This document shows, piece by piece, positions 54,808-62,833 of a DNA stretch of 64,000 nucleotides. Positions within the stretch are counted from its first letter, which is position 1. Every line of letters starts with the position of its first letter. A program made the translations under genes and the position numbers. A model generated the notes under the pieces. That model saw only the letters and a program-made list of their open reading frames with translations. It ran no database searches and was not told the DNA's origin. Source of the stretch: an uncultured Candidatus Saccharibacteria bacterium (lineage in GTDB: Bacteria > Patescibacteriota > Doudnabacteria > UBA920 > 2-01-FULL-46-14); assembly GCA_964565195.1 (NCBI GenBank), contig CAZMCQ010000004.1, positions 133 to 64,132 of the forward strand, given 5' to 3'.

Positions 54808-56130
54808 ATGGATTATCAGCATTTAGAAGAGCAGGACAGCGAGATTTACGATCTCATCAAAAAAGAAGAGCAGCGCCAGAAGGAAGGCCTCGAACTCATT
54901 CCATCCGAAAATTATGTGTCGCCCGCGGTTTTGGAAACGATAGGGAGCATCTTAAATTATAAATACGCCGAGGGCTATCCGGGGCGCCGCTATTACGCTG
55001 GCAACCAATACATTGATGAGGTAGAAAAACTTGCTCAAGTTCGCGCGCGCGAGGTTTTTCAGGCCAACGATTATCATATCAATGTGCAGCCGCTTTCCGG
55101 CAGTCCGGCCAATCTGGCCGTTTACTGGGGGCTCCTCGAGCCCGGCGACACGATTCTGGCTCTGAAGCTCGAAGAGGGCGGGCATCTCACGCACGGATCG
55201 GCTGTGAATTTTTCCGGCAGGACTTTTAAATTCGTGTTTTATCCGCTTGCGAAGGACGAAACGCTCGATTATGAAGCGGTGCGTAAATTAGCCAGGGAGC
55301 ACAAACCGAAATTGATTCTTTCCGGCTACACGGCCTACCCGCGCACGATTGATTTCAAGAAATTTCACAAGATCGCCAAGGAGATCGGCGCTATCTCGAT
55401 GGCTGACATTTCTCACATTTCCGGCCTTGTGATCGGGGGCGTGCATCCATCACCGTTTCCATTTACTGATGTGGTAACCACCACGACCCATAAAACCCTG
55501 CGCGGCCCGCGCGCAGCCATAATTTTCTGCAAGCCGGAATACAAAGAGCAGATTGATAAAGCGGTTTTTCCGGGGATGCAGGGCGGTCCGCACGAGCATA
55601 CGATCGCCGGGATTGCCGTGGCCTTGAAAGAAGCAGCGACGCCAGAGTTTAAAAATTATGCAGAACAAATTGTCAAAAATTCAAAGGCACTAGCCGAAAC
55701 TTTAATTGTAGAAGAGCTAAAGCTCGTGGCCGGCGGTACGGATAATCATTTAATGCTTATTGATTTGCGGCCGTTTGGTCCGGGCCGCGGTATTTTTATC
55801 GAAAAAGCGCTTGAGGCCGCGCACATCACGGTCAATAAAACCACTGTGCCCGGTGATACCGCAACGCCATTTTATCCCTCTGGCATCCGTCTCGGACCGC
55901 CGGCAGTCACCTCACGAGGAATGAAAGAGGGGGAAATGACGCAAGCTGGCAAACTCATCGCGCGTATTGTCAAAGAGTTCGCGACCACCGAGCTTCCGGA
56001 TGACAAAGAAAAACGCAGCGCGGCAGTGAAAGAATTTGTGGCAAAATTGAAAAACCACCCAGTGATTAAAGAGGTGAAAGTGGCGGTAATGAAATTATCG
56101 AGACAATTCCCCGTGCCGGGGATCGAATAA
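54808..56130 (+). CDS. glyA: Serine hydroxymethyltransferase.
   Basis: GGHLTHGS, TTTHKTLRGPR (PLP lysine). Confidence 0.95.
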   Translation: MDYQHLEEQDSEIYDLIKKEEQRQKEGLELIPSENYVSPAVLETIGSILNYKYAEGYPGRRYYAGNQYIDEVEKLAQVRAREVFQANDYHINVQPLSGSPANLAVYWGLLEPGDTILALKLEEGGHLTHGSAVNFSGRTFKFVFYPLAKDETLDYEAVRKLAREHKPKLILSGYTAYPRTIDFKKFHKIAKEIGAISMADISHISGLVIGGVHPSPFPFTDVVTTTTHKTLRGPRAAIIFCKPEYKEQIDKAVFPGMQGGPHEHTIAGIAVALKEAATPEFKNYAEQIVKNSKALAETLIVEELKLVAGGTDNHLMLIDLRPFGPGRGIFIEKALEAAHITVNKTTVPGDTATPFYPSGIRLGPPAVTSRGMKEGEMTQAGKLIARIVKEFATTELPDDKEKRSAAVKEFVAKLKNHPVIKEVKVAVMKLSRQFPVPGIE

Positions 56131-56133
56131 TTT

Positions 56134-56904
56134 ATGTCTATTTTTCAAGCTGTCGTTCTCGGAGTGGTGCAGGGGATTACCGAGTTTTTGCCGATCTCGT
56201 CGCAGGCGCACCTGCTGCTCGTGCCGTATTTTTTGAAGTGGAATTATCAGGGGCTTGGGTTTGACATCGCTCTGCATTGGGGAACTCTGCTTGGCGTGCT
56301 CGCGTTTTTTGGAAAAGATTACTGGAACATTCTCACAGGCAAGATGGGTTCGAAAATGTTTTGGTATCTCGTACTTGGCTCCATCCCGGCCGCGGCAGCG
56401 GGATTTCTTTTTGAGAAGCAGGCCGAAACAATTTTTCGAAGTCCGTTGATCACAGTTTTCACGCTCGCGGGTTTTGGGTTTCTGCTCTGGCTTGCGGATC
56501 GGAACCCCTCCCTCAATCCCTCCCCTCGTCAGGAGAGTGAGGTGCTGAATTGGAAAAAAGTCCTCGGCATTGGCCTCGCGCAGGCCATCGCCATCATCCC
56601 TGGCGTGTCGCGTTCCGGCGCGACCATCACAGCCGGTCTTTTTTCCGGGCTCTCCCGCGAAGCCGCGGCGCGTTTTTCGTTTCTGCTCTCCGGCCCGATC
56701 ATTTTCGGAGCGGGACTCGTCGCCTCGCGCGATTTAGTTTCCATAACCGCCCCACTCATCGCCGGCTTTCTGGCCGCCGCCATCGCCGGCTTTCTGGCCA
56801 TAGAGTTTCTTCTGCGATACGTGAGTAAAAATAATTTTAATGTCTTTGTTTGGTATAGATTAGTATTAGCCGTTGCGGTTTTGCTGACCATTCTCTATCG
56901 TTGA
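56134..56904 (+). CDS. uppP: Undecaprenyl-diphosphatase (BacA/UppP) carrying an in-frame palindromic insertion.
   Basis: GITEFLPISSQAHLLL, SRSGATIT. Confidence 0.9.
   Translation: MSIFQAVVLGVVQGITEFLPISSQAHLLLVPYFLKWNYQGLGFDIALHWGTLLGVLAFFGKDYWNILTGKMGSKMFWYLVLGSIPAAAAGFLFEKQAETIFRSPLITVFTLAGFGFLLWLADRNPSLNPSPRQESEVLNWKKVLGIGLAQAIAIIPGVSRSGATITAGLFSGLSREAAARFSFLLSGPIIFGAGLVASRDLVSITAPLIAGFLAAAIAGFLAIEFLLRYVSKNNFNVFVWYRLVLAVAVLLTILYR
56504..56543 (+). repeat. Degenerate GC-rich palindromic element in frame in uppP (encodes NPSLNPSPRQESEV).
   Basis: cccctccctcaatccctcccctcgtcaggagagtgagg. Confidence 0.55.
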
Positions 56905-56962
56905 GATGTTCCTGAAAATAGAATATAATAGTCCCAGTATTTTGTGTTTAGAATGATATTAT

Positions 56963-57049
56963 GCCGCCGTGGCGGAACTGGCAGACGCACGGGACTCAAA
57001 ATCCCGCGGTAGCAATACCATATCGGTTCGACTCCGATCGGCGGCACCA
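56963..57049 (+). tRNA. tRNA-Leu (anticodon CAA), type II with a long variable arm and encoded CCA.
   Basis: Acceptor GCCGCCG/CGGCGGC, anticodon stem CGGGA/TCCCG with loop CTCAAAA, T-arm CGGTTCGACTCCG, ends ...GCACCA. Confidence 0.85.
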
Positions 57050-57082
57050 GAAGATAGTAAAAATGAAGGGAGGTGATAAATT

Positions 57083-57481
57083 GTGCCGACAGTAAATTAT
57101 TTGGGAGTGTTGATCGCGGCTATCGCCAGCATGGTGGTGGCCGGAATTTGGTTCACAGGCATTTTCTCCAAGCCCTGGAAGAGAGAGACAGGCAAGAGTG
57201 AAGAAGAGCTCAAAAAGGGAACAAAAACCGGACTCATAGTTTCCTTCATCCTGGCCTTGGTGATGGCTTATGCCTTAGGCGTTGTCATGAAGTTTGCCAA
57301 TGCGGATACGGCGGGAGAAGTACTGCCAATCGCCTTTCTGGTCTGGCTCGGGTTTGTGATTGCCACCAGCGGCCAGGACTACGTGACCGCCCTGCGTTCC
57401 AGAAAACTTTTTTTCATCAACAACTTCTATCAGTTGGTGAGTTTGGTGGTTATGGGTCTGATTTTGCTTCGTTGGGGTTGA
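57083..57481 (+). CDS. Small membrane protein (DUF1761-like), GTG start after a GGGAGGTG RBS.
   Basis: Four hydrophobic helices. Confidence 0.5.
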   Translation: MPTVNYLGVLIAAIASMVVAGIWFTGIFSKPWKRETGKSEEELKKGTKTGLIVSFILALVMAYALGVVMKFANADTAGEVLPIAFLVWLGFVIATSGQDYVTALRSRKLFFINNFYQLVSLVVMGLILLRWG

Positions 57482-57499
57482 TTCCTTCTTGCCGCTTAG

Positions 57500-57961
57500 A
57501 TGAATTTTATAAAAAGTTTTAGCCTCACTTCTTTAGCGGTGCTCCTGGGGCTGCTGGTTGCGATCGCGATGATCGAACTTGATTTAGTCTTCGGTCTAAA
57601 AAATTTCCAAAGCGAAATGCTGGCAAAGCTCGGTTGGACTTTTTTGGCGCTGGGCGCAGCCTTGCGTTTCTGGGCAACCCATCTCTTTTACCAAAAGCAA
57701 ATGCGGGTTATTGCCACTCGGCCGCAAGCGCAGCTTCTCACAACGGGGCCTTATAAATATTCCCGGAATCCTCTGTATCTGGGATTGATTTTGATTTTTG
57801 CCGGGGCAGCGCTCTTGGCCGGTTCAGTGAGCGCCCTGTTGCTGACTTTGGCCATCTTCATTGTTTTAAGTTTCTGGATCAGGGTTGAAGAGCGGCAGCT
57901 GGCCGAGGCGTTTGGCGAGCAATACGCAAAGTTTCAAAGCCAAATCCGCCGTTGGCTTTAG
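57500..57961 (+). CDS. Isoprenylcysteine carboxyl methyltransferase (ICMT/PEMT) family membrane methyltransferase.
   Basis: TTGPYKYSRNPLYLGLILIFAGAALL, C-terminal EE...L motif. Confidence 0.7.
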   Translation: MNFIKSFSLTSLAVLLGLLVAIAMIELDLVFGLKNFQSEMLAKLGWTFLALGAALRFWATHLFYQKQMRVIATRPQAQLLTTGPYKYSRNPLYLGLILIFAGAALLAGSVSALLLTLAIFIVLSFWIRVEERQLAEAFGEQYAKFQSQIRRWL

Positions 57962-58021
57962 CTGGACAACCTTTACACGATCGTATAACACTTGTCGCGG
58001 CGGATTTTGAGGTTGCGGGAC

Positions 58022-58062
58022 TCGCTCTAAAGAGCAGTCCCGTCCTGTTTTATTTTCTGCTA
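58022..58062 (+). terminator. Intrinsic terminator after the ICMT gene, followed by TATAAT (58061-58066) for the next gene.
   Basis: GGGACTCGCTC-TAAA-GAGCAGTCCC followed by GTCCTGTTTTATTTT. Confidence 0.6.
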
Positions 58063-58066
58063 TAAT

Positions 58067-58486
58067 TTGTGCATGGAATTACAGGTTGGCGTGAAGGCGC
58101 TCTTGCGAAAGAAAGGTGGTAAATATTTGCTGGTGCGAAGATCTCCAGAGAAATACCCGGAGGTTGGTGCCCGCTGGGACATTGTTGGCGGCAGGATTGA
58201 TCCCGGCACAACCCTGCTTGAAAATTTGCGCCGCGAAATCAAGGAAGAAACGCATTTGGAATTAAGATCTACACCGAAACTTATCGCTGCGCAGGATATT
58301 CTACGCGTTCCCGGGCGTCACGTGGTACGATTAACTTATATTGCCGAAATTGAAGGCGAGCCAAAACTCGATCGTGATCATATGGAATTTGGCTGGTTTA
58401 CGATGGATCAACTGAAAAATTTGGAAAATTTAGATATTTATTTTAAGGAATTGCTGGATTCCGGCTTGCTGGCCGGAATGACATAG
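58067..58486 (+). CDS. NUDIX hydrolase (TTG start).
   Basis: Nudix box GGRIDPGTTLLENLRREIKEETHLEL. Confidence 0.8.
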   Translation: MCMELQVGVKALLRKKGGKYLLVRRSPEKYPEVGARWDIVGGRIDPGTTLLENLRREIKEETHLELRSTPKLIAAQDILRVPGRHVVRLTYIAEIEGEPKLDRDHMEFGWFTMDQLKNLENLDIYFKELLDSGLLAGMT

Positions 58487-58491
58487 AAGCC

Positions 58492-59409
58492 ATGGACGAT
58501 ACGTTTAAATTGGGGAACTTCGAGGAGGAGACCCCCTCACCCTCCCCTCTCCCGCAAGGGGAGAGGAGTATGATAAAACACCCGACCGTGGAGTCGGATG
58601 CGCAGGTTAGGTTCCGTTCGCCGCGCGACGGTTCGCCGCTTCTGGAGATTGAACTGGACAAGATTATTCCCAACGAATTTCAGCCGCGGCGCATTTTCAA
58701 CGAAGAAAAATTGCAGGAACTGGCGGACTCCATCGTGGTGCACGGCATCATTCAGCCGCTGGTTGTGCTGGCGCGGACTGACGGCACTTATGAAATCCTG
58801 GTCGGCGAGCGGCGCTACCGCGCCGCGAAGATCGCGGGTTTATCCAGCGTTCCGGCCTTTGTAAGAGAAGGGCTGTCCGCACAGGCCAAGCTCGAGATTT
58901 CCCTTATTGAAAATATCCAGCGCGCGGATCTCAATCCCATCGAAGAGGCCAAGGCCTACCAGCAGCTTTCGGTGGAGTTTGGACTCACGCAAATGCAGAT
59001 TGCAAAGCGCGTCGGCAAAAACCACTCGACAGTGGCCAACCTCATGCGTTTATTAAATTTGCCGGCAGAGATCCAGAAGGCGCTTGTCTCCGAGGAAATT
59101 TCCGAAGGGCAGGCGCGGCCGCTCCTGACCTTGCGCGACCGCGAAGAGATGCTCGCCATGTTCAAAATTGTCGTTAGGGATAAGATGAAAGTGCGGGACA
59201 TTGAAAATAAAGTTCGCGAAATCGTGAACCGGAAGATAAGAGTCCGCGAGATGTTTATACCTGACCCGTTTATTGAATCGCTGGAAAATCAGCTTCGCGA
59301 CAAACTCGGCACACGCGTGGAGGTGAGCAAAAAGGCGAAAGGCGGGCAGATTACGATCCAGTTTTATTCGGACGATGAGCTAAAAGGAATCATTGAAAAA
59401 TTAACCTAA
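58492..59409 (+). CDS. parB: ParB/Spo0J-family chromosome partition protein carrying an N-terminal in-frame palindromic insertion.
   Basis: GIIQPLVVL...ILVGERRYRAAKIAGLSSVPAFV (ParB box), HTH, C-terminal dimerisation region. Confidence 0.9.
   Translation: MDDTFKLGNFEEETPSPSPLPQGERSMIKHPTVESDAQVRFRSPRDGSPLLEIELDKIIPNEFQPRRIFNEEKLQELADSIVVHGIIQPLVVLARTDGTYEILVGERRYRAAKIAGLSSVPAFVREGLSAQAKLEISLIENIQRADLNPIEEAKAYQQLSVEFGLTQMQIAKRVGKNHSTVANLMRLLNLPAEIQKALVSEEISEGQARPLLTLRDREEMLAMFKIVVRDKMKVRDIENKVREIVNRKIRVREMFIPDPFIESLENQLRDKLGTRVEVSKKAKGGQITIQFYSDDELKGIIEKLT
58531..58567 (+). repeat. GC-rich palindromic element in frame near the parB N-terminus (encodes TPSPSPLPQGERS).
   Basis: ccccctcaccctcccctctcccgcaaggggagagg. 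Confidence 0.75.
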
Positions 59410-59458
59410 TTATTCTAAGCAGCTATTTTTAAGCTGTTGATAACGTGGGGAGAAATAC

Positions 59459-59487
59459 TTGACTATCACGCTAAACCGACTTATTAT
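59459..59487 (+). promoter_or_regulatory. Consensus-like sigma70 promoter (TTGACT, 17-nt spacer, TATTAT).
   Basis: Read directly from the sequence. Confidence 0.55.
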
Positions 59488-59605
59488 GTGAGTAGATTGA
59501 TATTTTAAGCCAAGGTCTGCTTGGTATCGCGCTCACAATTGTCATTTTGGCGGAACTTATGATCAAAGTTTAAAACTTTCAATCGACTCGCAGCAAAAAC
59601 CTAAG

Positions 59606-59633
59606 TTCCGCGAAAGCGGAATTTTGGTTTTTA
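59606..59633 (+). terminator. Leader hairpin with a GAAA tetraloop plus U-tract (attenuator-like) immediately upstream of an AAGGAGG RBS.
   Basis: TTCCGC-GAAA-GCGGAA followed by TTTTGGTTTTTA; the RBS at 59635-59641 is followed by the ATG at 59647. Confidence 0.45.
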
Positions 59634-59646
59634 TAAGGAGGACGGA

Positions 59647-59808
59647 ATGTCAAAAAAGATTTATCGCGCGGCTTTTCCAAGAAACTATGGGTCGTTTGCT
59701 TTTTCCCATCCGTGGCTTTGCCCTGGCTGCAATAGGCGGCTTAAGGATCCGATCAGCCACGAGAGAAGATGTCAGAAACTGCGGGTGCGGTCCAAACTTT
59801 GGTTATAA
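59647..59808 (+). CDS. Small (53 aa) basic zinc-ribbon-like protein; not in the ORF track (under 60 aa).
   Basis: MSKKIYRAAFPRNYGSFAFSHPWLCPGCNRRLKDPISHERRCQKLRVRSKLWL. It has a perfect RBS, an ATG, C-x2-C-x8-H-x3-C, and a downstream terminator. Confidence 0.4.
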   Translation: MSKKIYRAAFPRNYGSFAFSHPWLCPGCNRRLKDPISHERRCQKLRVRSKLWL

Positions 59809-59845
59809 TGATTTGCCGGTTCGATTGGCATTCGGCGGTTACCTA

Positions 59846-59876
59846 GGTGGTTCTTCGGGGCCACCTTTCTTTTTTA
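59846..59876 (+). terminator. Intrinsic terminator (GGTGG-N10-CCACC plus TTTCTTTTTT).
   Basis: ggtggttcttcggggccacctttctttttt. Confidence 0.55.
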
Positions 59877-59893
59877 TGCTAAAATTACCAAAC

Positions 59894-59964
59894 CGGGGTA
59901 TGGGGTAGTGGTAGCCCGCGTGCATGGGGTGCATGTAGCGGCGGTTCAATTCCGCCTACCCCGA
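59894..59964 (+). tRNA. tRNA-Pro (anticodon GGG); CCA not encoded.
   Basis: Acceptor CGGGGTA/TACCCCG, D-arm GGGT-AGTGGTA-GCCC, anticodon stem CGTGC/GCATG with loop ATGGGGT, T-arm GGCGG-TTCAATT-CCGCC. Confidence 0.8.
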
Positions 59965-60030
59965 TTATGTGAGAATTTTGTTATAGTCGCCTCATCGGCG
60001 ACCCGCCGGAGAGGCGGGTACGCGTGCATT

Positions 60031-61188
60031 ATGACAAAACATTTAGCAAATAGCGGAGCAACCGAGATTAATTTTGTCCGAGGCGCAGGGTGTTTTTTGT
60101 TTGACGAAGCTGGCAAAAAATACATTGACTTTTTAGGCGGTTGGTGCGTCGCCACAGTCGGCTGGAAGCATCCGGAAATGGAGAAAGCTTTAGCCGAAGC
60201 AGGGAAACTTGGCTTATATGTTCCACCGAGTTTTGGCTGGCCGGAGTGGGATAAATTCGCCGAGCGGCTTTGCCGGCTGGCGCCGGGAAACTTATCGCGC
60301 GCGTTTCGCTGCACGAGCGGCTCGGAAGCCGTGGAATTCGCCATTAAGCTGGCCCGCGCGGCCACGGGGAGGAAGAAAATAATTTCGGTTGAGGGCGTCT
60401 ATCATGGTCATACTTATGGCGCGGCCACGGTCGGCACGGGGCTTACTTCTGCGATGGCGCCGGGCGTGCCGGAAATGCAAAAAATTTCACTGCGCGATGG
60501 TGTCACGGAATTTGAAAAGATCGCTAATGGCGGCGATGTAGCCGCGTTTTTGAGCGAGCCGGTTTTCACCAATGCTGGCGCGATCATTCCACCAGCGGAT
60601 TTTTATCCGCACATTGCCCAGATTTGTCGCAAGCAAGATATTCTTCTTGTTATGGACGAGGTCGCGACTGGCTTTGGCCGCACAGGCAAAATGTTCGCAA
60701 GCGAACATTGGAATCTCGAGCCGGATATTATTTGCCTCGGCAAAGCGATCTCCGGCGGGTACGCGACTCTCGGCGCCACGCTTACGACCGAAGAAGTCTT
60801 TGAGAAGGGCCAGGATATCCCATTGTATTCCACCTTTGGCTGGATGCCGTCAAGCTTGGTCGTCGCACGGCGCAATGTGGAACTTATTGCAGAAGAAAAA
60901 CTGGTCGAAAACTCCGCGAAACTGGGGGAGTACATGCTTGGCAAATTGAAGGGCCTCGAGAAGCTTCCGACAGTAAAAGAAGTTCGCGGCTTGGGCCTCA
61001 TGTTTGGCATAGATTTAGAGCCGCGCGGACTTTCGGAAAAAATTTATAATGATTGTTTGCAGCAGGGATTAATAATTGACACCGCGCATCACGGCACCCT
61101 GTTTTTCACGCCGCCGCTTTGCCTAGATCAGAAAACCGCGGATCAAGGTATCATGATATTGGGAAAGGTTTTGAATGAAGCTGGTTAG
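60031..61188 (+). CDS. Class III pyridoxal-phosphate-dependent aminotransferase (acetylornithine/GABA aminotransferase-like).
   Basis: ICLGKAISGGYATLGA (PLP lysine context), GHTYGA. The track ORF starts at 59908 across the tRNA; MTKHL at 60031 is the plausible start. Confidence 0.8.
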   Translation: MTKHLANSGATEINFVRGAGCFLFDEAGKKYIDFLGGWCVATVGWKHPEMEKALAEAGKLGLYVPPSFGWPEWDKFAERLCRLAPGNLSRAFRCTSGSEAVEFAIKLARAATGRKKIISVEGVYHGHTYGAATVGTGLTSAMAPGVPEMQKISLRDGVTEFEKIANGGDVAAFLSEPVFTNAGAIIPPADFYPHIAQICRKQDILLVMDEVATGFGRTGKMFASEHWNLEPDIICLGKAISGGYATLGATLTTEEVFEKGQDIPLYSTFGWMPSSLVVARRNVELIAEEKLVENSAKLGEYMLGKLKGLEKLPTVKEVRGLGLMFGIDLEPRGLSEKIYNDCLQQGLIIDTAHHGTLFFTPPLCLDQKTADQGIMILGKVLNEAG

Positions 61189-61891
61189 TTTAAATATTTT
61201 AATGGGTGAGGTGCACGAGCCGTTTATGGAGTTCGTGAAATCTTCCCGCGAAACCACGGATATTTTTTGCTTTCAGGAAGTCTTCGATGCGCCCAAGGCG
61301 AGCATCCTCAAAGAGCTAAAAGCCGCCCTGTCGGAGTTCGACGCATATTTCGCGCCAAGCATGCGGTGGAAAGGCCGTGACTGTGGACTTGGTATGTTTG
61401 TCCGCAAAGAAATTTCCATAAAATCGCAGGGCGATTTTTTCGTCTTCGGGAAGTTTGTCAAAATCATTAGTAACGATTTTTCCCAACAAGGCAAAAAACT
61501 CCAGTACATAAGGTTTACAAAGGACGGCCAGCAGTTCACCATAGCCAACTTTCACGGCTGGTGGTTTGACGGTCCGAAAGTAGATAATCCAGGGACACTC
61601 GAGCAGATGAAATTGGTTAAAGAATTTTTGGATAAGCAACTGGGCGAAAAAATCATCTGCGGGGATTTCAATCTCAACCCTGACACCCAGTCAATGGAGC
61701 TTCTGGAAGACAATATGATAAACCTCATCAAAAAGTTTCGGATTGCCTCGACGCGGCCGGACTCATTTCCCAAACACTTTTCGCGTTTTGCGGACTATAT
61801 TTTGGTTTCGCGCGGAGTGAAAATAAAAAACTTCGAAGTGCCGAACCTCGAAATTTCCGACCATTTACCGATGATTTTGGAGTTTGATTAG
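61175..61891 (+). CDS. Endonuclease/exonuclease/phosphatase (EEP) family protein.
   Basis: LNILMGE...FCFQEV...GDFNL...SDHLPMILEF. Confidence 0.7.
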   Translation: MKLVSLNILMGEVHEPFMEFVKSSRETTDIFCFQEVFDAPKASILKELKAALSEFDAYFAPSMRWKGRDCGLGMFVRKEISIKSQGDFFVFGKFVKIISNDFSQQGKKLQYIRFTKDGQQFTIANFHGWWFDGPKVDNPGTLEQMKLVKEFLDKQLGEKIICGDFNLNPDTQSMELLEDNMINLIKKFRIASTRPDSFPKHFSRFADYILVSRGVKIKNFEVPNLEISDHLPMILEFD

Positions 61892-62094
61892 ACGACTTGC
61901 GGGATTTTGACTTTGCCCGAACTTACTGACTTAATACACTTAGTGCAGGCGCGGACGCGTTTGCCGGGCCGGACAGTCAACCACTGCAAATTCGGCTGCA
62001 GACGGCGAATGGTGGCCTGCATAGAGTGCGAGCGCGCGAAACCGCGGCTGTAGCCCTTATCGCAAATTTTACAAATTTTGTTTGGTGAAATCAT
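61888..62094 (-). CDS. rpmB: 50S ribosomal protein L28.
   Basis: CKICDKGYSRGFARSHSMQATIRRLQPNLQ matches the L28 core (C..CGK...G...SHS..AT.RR..PNLQ). Confidence 0.8.
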   Translation of the reverse strand: MISPNKICKICDKGYSRGFARSHSMQATIRRLQPNLQWLTVRPGKRVRACTKCIKSVSSGKVKIPQVV

Positions 62095-62098
62095 TGAA

Positions 62099-62130
62099 GT
62101 ACGAACTACGAACTTTTACGAATCTACGAA
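62099..62130. repeat. Four direct TACGAA(C/T) heptamer repeats in the divergent rpmB/M50 promoter region.
   Basis: gTACGAACTACGAACttTTACGAATCTACGAACat. Confidence 0.6.
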
Positions 62131-62153
62131 CATGAAATAAAGGATAACATAAT

Positions 62154-62780
62154 ATGGATATTGGGTCAATCGTTATTACTCTAATCATTTTGCTTTTTTC
62201 GGTCATTATTCATGAGGTTTGCCATGGGATAGTGGCCGACAAACTCGGCGACCAGACCGCGCGGCTTTCGGGACGGCTCACCTTGAACCCGCTTCCGCAT
62301 CTGGATTTGTTTGGTTCGATTTTATTGCCGTTATTTTTGTATCTCGTGAATTCTCCGATCTTGTTTGGCGCGGCCAAACCCGTACCCGTGAATTTTTTCA
62401 ACCTGCGCCGGCCCAAGCGCGACATGGCCCTGGTTTCGCTAGCCGGTCCTGGATCGAACTATTTACTTGCGATCATCTTCGCCCTGCCGATCCGTCTCGG
62501 CGCGGCCATGCCGGAAACTTTTATTTTTGATATTTTAGTGCAGGCCGCGCTTCTAAATCTCGTGCTTGGCACTTTCAACTTTCTGCCCATTCCACCGCTC
62601 GATGGCTCCAAGGTTCTCGCGTCGTTTCTCTCGGACAATATGATGTATCGCATCCTGGAGTGGGAGCGCTTCGGCTTTTTGTTGATTATCTTTTTTCTCT
62701 ACACCGGCCTCGTCGGCGCGGTTCTGGTCCCGATCATAACTTTTCTGGCCAAACTTTTTCTCGGGTTTTCGATTATTTGA
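62154..62780 (+). CDS. M50-family (site-2 protease-like) intramembrane zinc metalloprotease.
   Basis: HExxH within a TM helix (IIHEVCHGIVA), LNLVLGTFNFLPIPPLDG. Confidence 0.75.
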   Translation: MDIGSIVITLIILLFSVIIHEVCHGIVADKLGDQTARLSGRLTLNPLPHLDLFGSILLPLFLYLVNSPILFGAAKPVPVNFFNLRRPKRDMALVSLAGPGSNYLLAIIFALPIRLGAAMPETFIFDILVQAALLNLVLGTFNFLPIPPLDGSKVLASFLSDNMMYRILEWERFGFLLIIFFLYTGLVGAVLVPIITFLAKLFLGFSII

Positions 62781-62833
62781 CTTTTTCCAGCATACTTTGC
62801 AATCATATACTTACTTCAAGGAGGAAGTCATGA

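Noticed and set aside
59908-60030. N-terminal 41 codons of the track ORF for the aminotransferase.
   Set aside because: This stretch covers tRNA-Pro (59894-59964) and a GC palindrome. The conserved aminotransferase sequence starts at MTKHL (60031).
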